In this document: positions 63,547-64,000 of the stretch, one piece after another
How the letters are laid out: the number at the start of each line of letters is the position of its first letter
Numbering within the stretch: position 1 is the first letter of the stretch
NCBI RefSeq assembly: GCF_001194135.2
Contig: NC_068983.1
Span: forward strand, 17,347,982-17,411,981
Origin: Octopus bimaculoides
Taxonomy: Eukaryota
DNA: 64,000 bases
Direction: 5' to 3'
The notes under the pieces: generated by a model
Seen by the model: only the letters and a program-made list of their open reading frames with translations
Told to the model about the DNA's origin: nothing
Database searches by the model: none
Made by a program: the position numbers and the translations under genes

Positions 63547-64000
63547 GAGAAAAAACATTGTTAAAAACTCACTGGTTTGCACTTTTCACTCAGTGTTTTA
63601 AAAGCAAGAATTTGGATTTTGCTCTCTGATGGACAGTGTTTATTAGATCTAATTTTTGTTGTATCATAGTTGTTCCAGTTGTCAAACTGTGACTATGCTA
63701 GGGCATGGCATTGAAGGGTTAACCTAAAAGAATTTGTTGCAGTACTTAAGTTTTTAAAGTCTGGTATTCTTATTCTATTGGTCACTTTTGCCACACCACC
63801 ATAGTAAAGGTTAAGGTAAAGTTACCTTCGGGAGTCATGCTGACTCACCAAGGGCCGGTTTCCCAGTTTCCATGGTGTATAAATTCCCCACCTGGATGGA
63901 ACACTGGTCCATTGTGGGATTACTCATTTTTTGCCAGATGAATGGACTGGAACAATGTGAAATGAGGTGTTTTGCTCAAGAACACAAAGCGTTGACCGGT

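Overview
AT-rich, gap-ridden eukaryotic scaffold segment with N-runs mostly next to (TA)n/(GT)n microsatellites. The SINE repertoire and composition suggest an Octopus/coleoid cephalopod draft assembly (inference). Only one host protein-coding gene is recognisable: an alpha-arrestin (ARRDC/TXNIP-like) gene on the minus strand, with coding exon 1 at 33757-33874 and exon 2 at 2586-2720, separated by a ~31-kb intron. A candidate Pol II promoter lies at ~59.7 kb. The rest is mobile-element debris: several tRNA-headed SINE families, CR1-like, RTE, L1/Tx1 and CRE-type LINE fragments, two mariner remnants, hAT and piggyBac MITEs, Helentron-like elements, a cluster of solo LTRs and an initiator tRNA-Met pseudogene. 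Main discoveries: (1) a tRNA-headed SINE carrying a minimal type-I hammerhead ribozyme, twice inserted as a head-to-head inverted pair flanked by a target-site duplication, with Penelope-like end asymmetry; (2) a second short family with a variant hammerhead core; (3) an ORF1-only (HAL1-like) retroelement; (4) solo LTRs with a covarying terminal hairpin; (5) a CpG-decay boundary near 27 kb that probably records gene-body methylation. Repeat boundaries are approximate unless a TSD is quoted. Almost all ORFs in the supplied track are microsatellite or N-gap artefacts.
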